A DNA stretch of 64,000 bases from Octopus bimaculoides. Taxonomy: Eukaryota. How positions within the stretch are numbered: the first letter of the stretch is position 1; each line of letters begins with the position of its first letter. Both the position numbers and the translations under genes were made by a program. This document shows, in pieces, positions 63,301-64,000 of the stretch. Under the pieces are notes generated by a model. It did not search any database, was not told where the DNA came from, and was given only the letters and a program-made list of their open reading frames with translations. The stretch covers positions 68,709,950-68,773,949 of the forward strand of contig NC_068986.1 in assembly GCF_001194135.2 (NCBI RefSeq), written 5' to 3'.

Positions 63301-64000
63301 GTTCATTTATTTCATATACATGTACATACATCTTTCACTTTCTGCTCTCACCTCAAAGCAAATGTCACCTTTTCACTTTCTCCTCTCTTTCAATTTCTGC
63401 TCTCTTCAAAGCATAAACAAATAAAAGATTTTTACGGAAATTAATGAACAATCATATGATCCCAAAGAATGCCATAAAATAACTTCCTTTGGCACACATA
63501 CACACACACTCACACACATACGCACGCGCGCACACACACACACACGCACAATCTAGGTAAAACTTCAGTATAAATTATGTTATTTCTTGCTATGTGCATG
63601 CATAAAATTACAGCACAAATCCAATTGAAATCACCTTTCTCTATTCTGTAATTCATGTTTGTGATGAGTGTATTTAAAAACCTGATCTTCGATACAAATC
63701 TAAAAGGAAGTTCTCACAGAAATCCTGTCCTTTGCCTGTTGTTTCTAGCATGTCTAAGGTGACATTTGCACCCGCCCTACTGATTTTTTTCCTAAATTTC
63801 TTCCAATTCCTATGTTTTCAATACAGGAGATTAGGACTTCGGCCAAAAAACATGTTCTCAATATTTAAATTTTCTCCCTCCCCATCCCAATTTCTTCATT
63901 TTAAAAACTTTTTCCGAAATTTTTTCTTGGTAATCCATGGAGAAAAAACAGAGTGTACGAATCTTTAAGAATTTTCTTCTTTCTTTTTTCTTAAAGAAAC

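Larger units (their letters stand above)
61563..63445 (+). repeat. Tandem duplication of an about 600-bp unit behind a Helitron-like head
   Basis: AAAACTGAGTTG at 61563 and 62836, TAAAAGACATCC at 62426 and 63032, TTTACGGAAATTAA at about 62810 and 63430. The first unit carries a SINE and a hAT MITE. Confidence 0.8.

Overview
This is AT-rich, microsatellite-rich eukaryotic DNA with seven N gaps, and it is dominated by transposon relics. The SINE families look to me like those of coleoid cephalopods, probably Octopus (recollection, not a search result). I found no rRNA, real tRNA, CRISPR array or intact autonomous element, and I could not find a new multi-gene system. The only well-supported host-gene signal is a CpG-rich promoter-like region at about 54.0-54.4 kb. 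It sits upstream of a 16-nt minus-strand first coding exon (ATG GTT GAC AGA CTT G|GTGAGT, MVDRL-), which matches the conserved N-terminus of PLEKHF/Phafin/rush hour proteins. I saw no further exon of that protein, so most of the window is probably one very large intron. The repeats include at least four tRNA-derived SINE families, CR1-like and RTE-like LINE fragments, a Sola2-like transposase fossil, three mariner relics, a Tigger relic, piggyBac-, hAT-, Harbinger- and Tigger-type MITEs, Helitron-like elements and Penelope-pLTR-like repeats. The most interesting features are RNA-structural: a palindrome carrying two hammerhead-ribozyme cores (39.4-39.7 kb), a repeat family that conserves both hammerhead core halves in permuted order, a 1-kb inverted repeat, and a 66-bp-arm hairpin. 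Coordinates of degenerate repeats are approximate.
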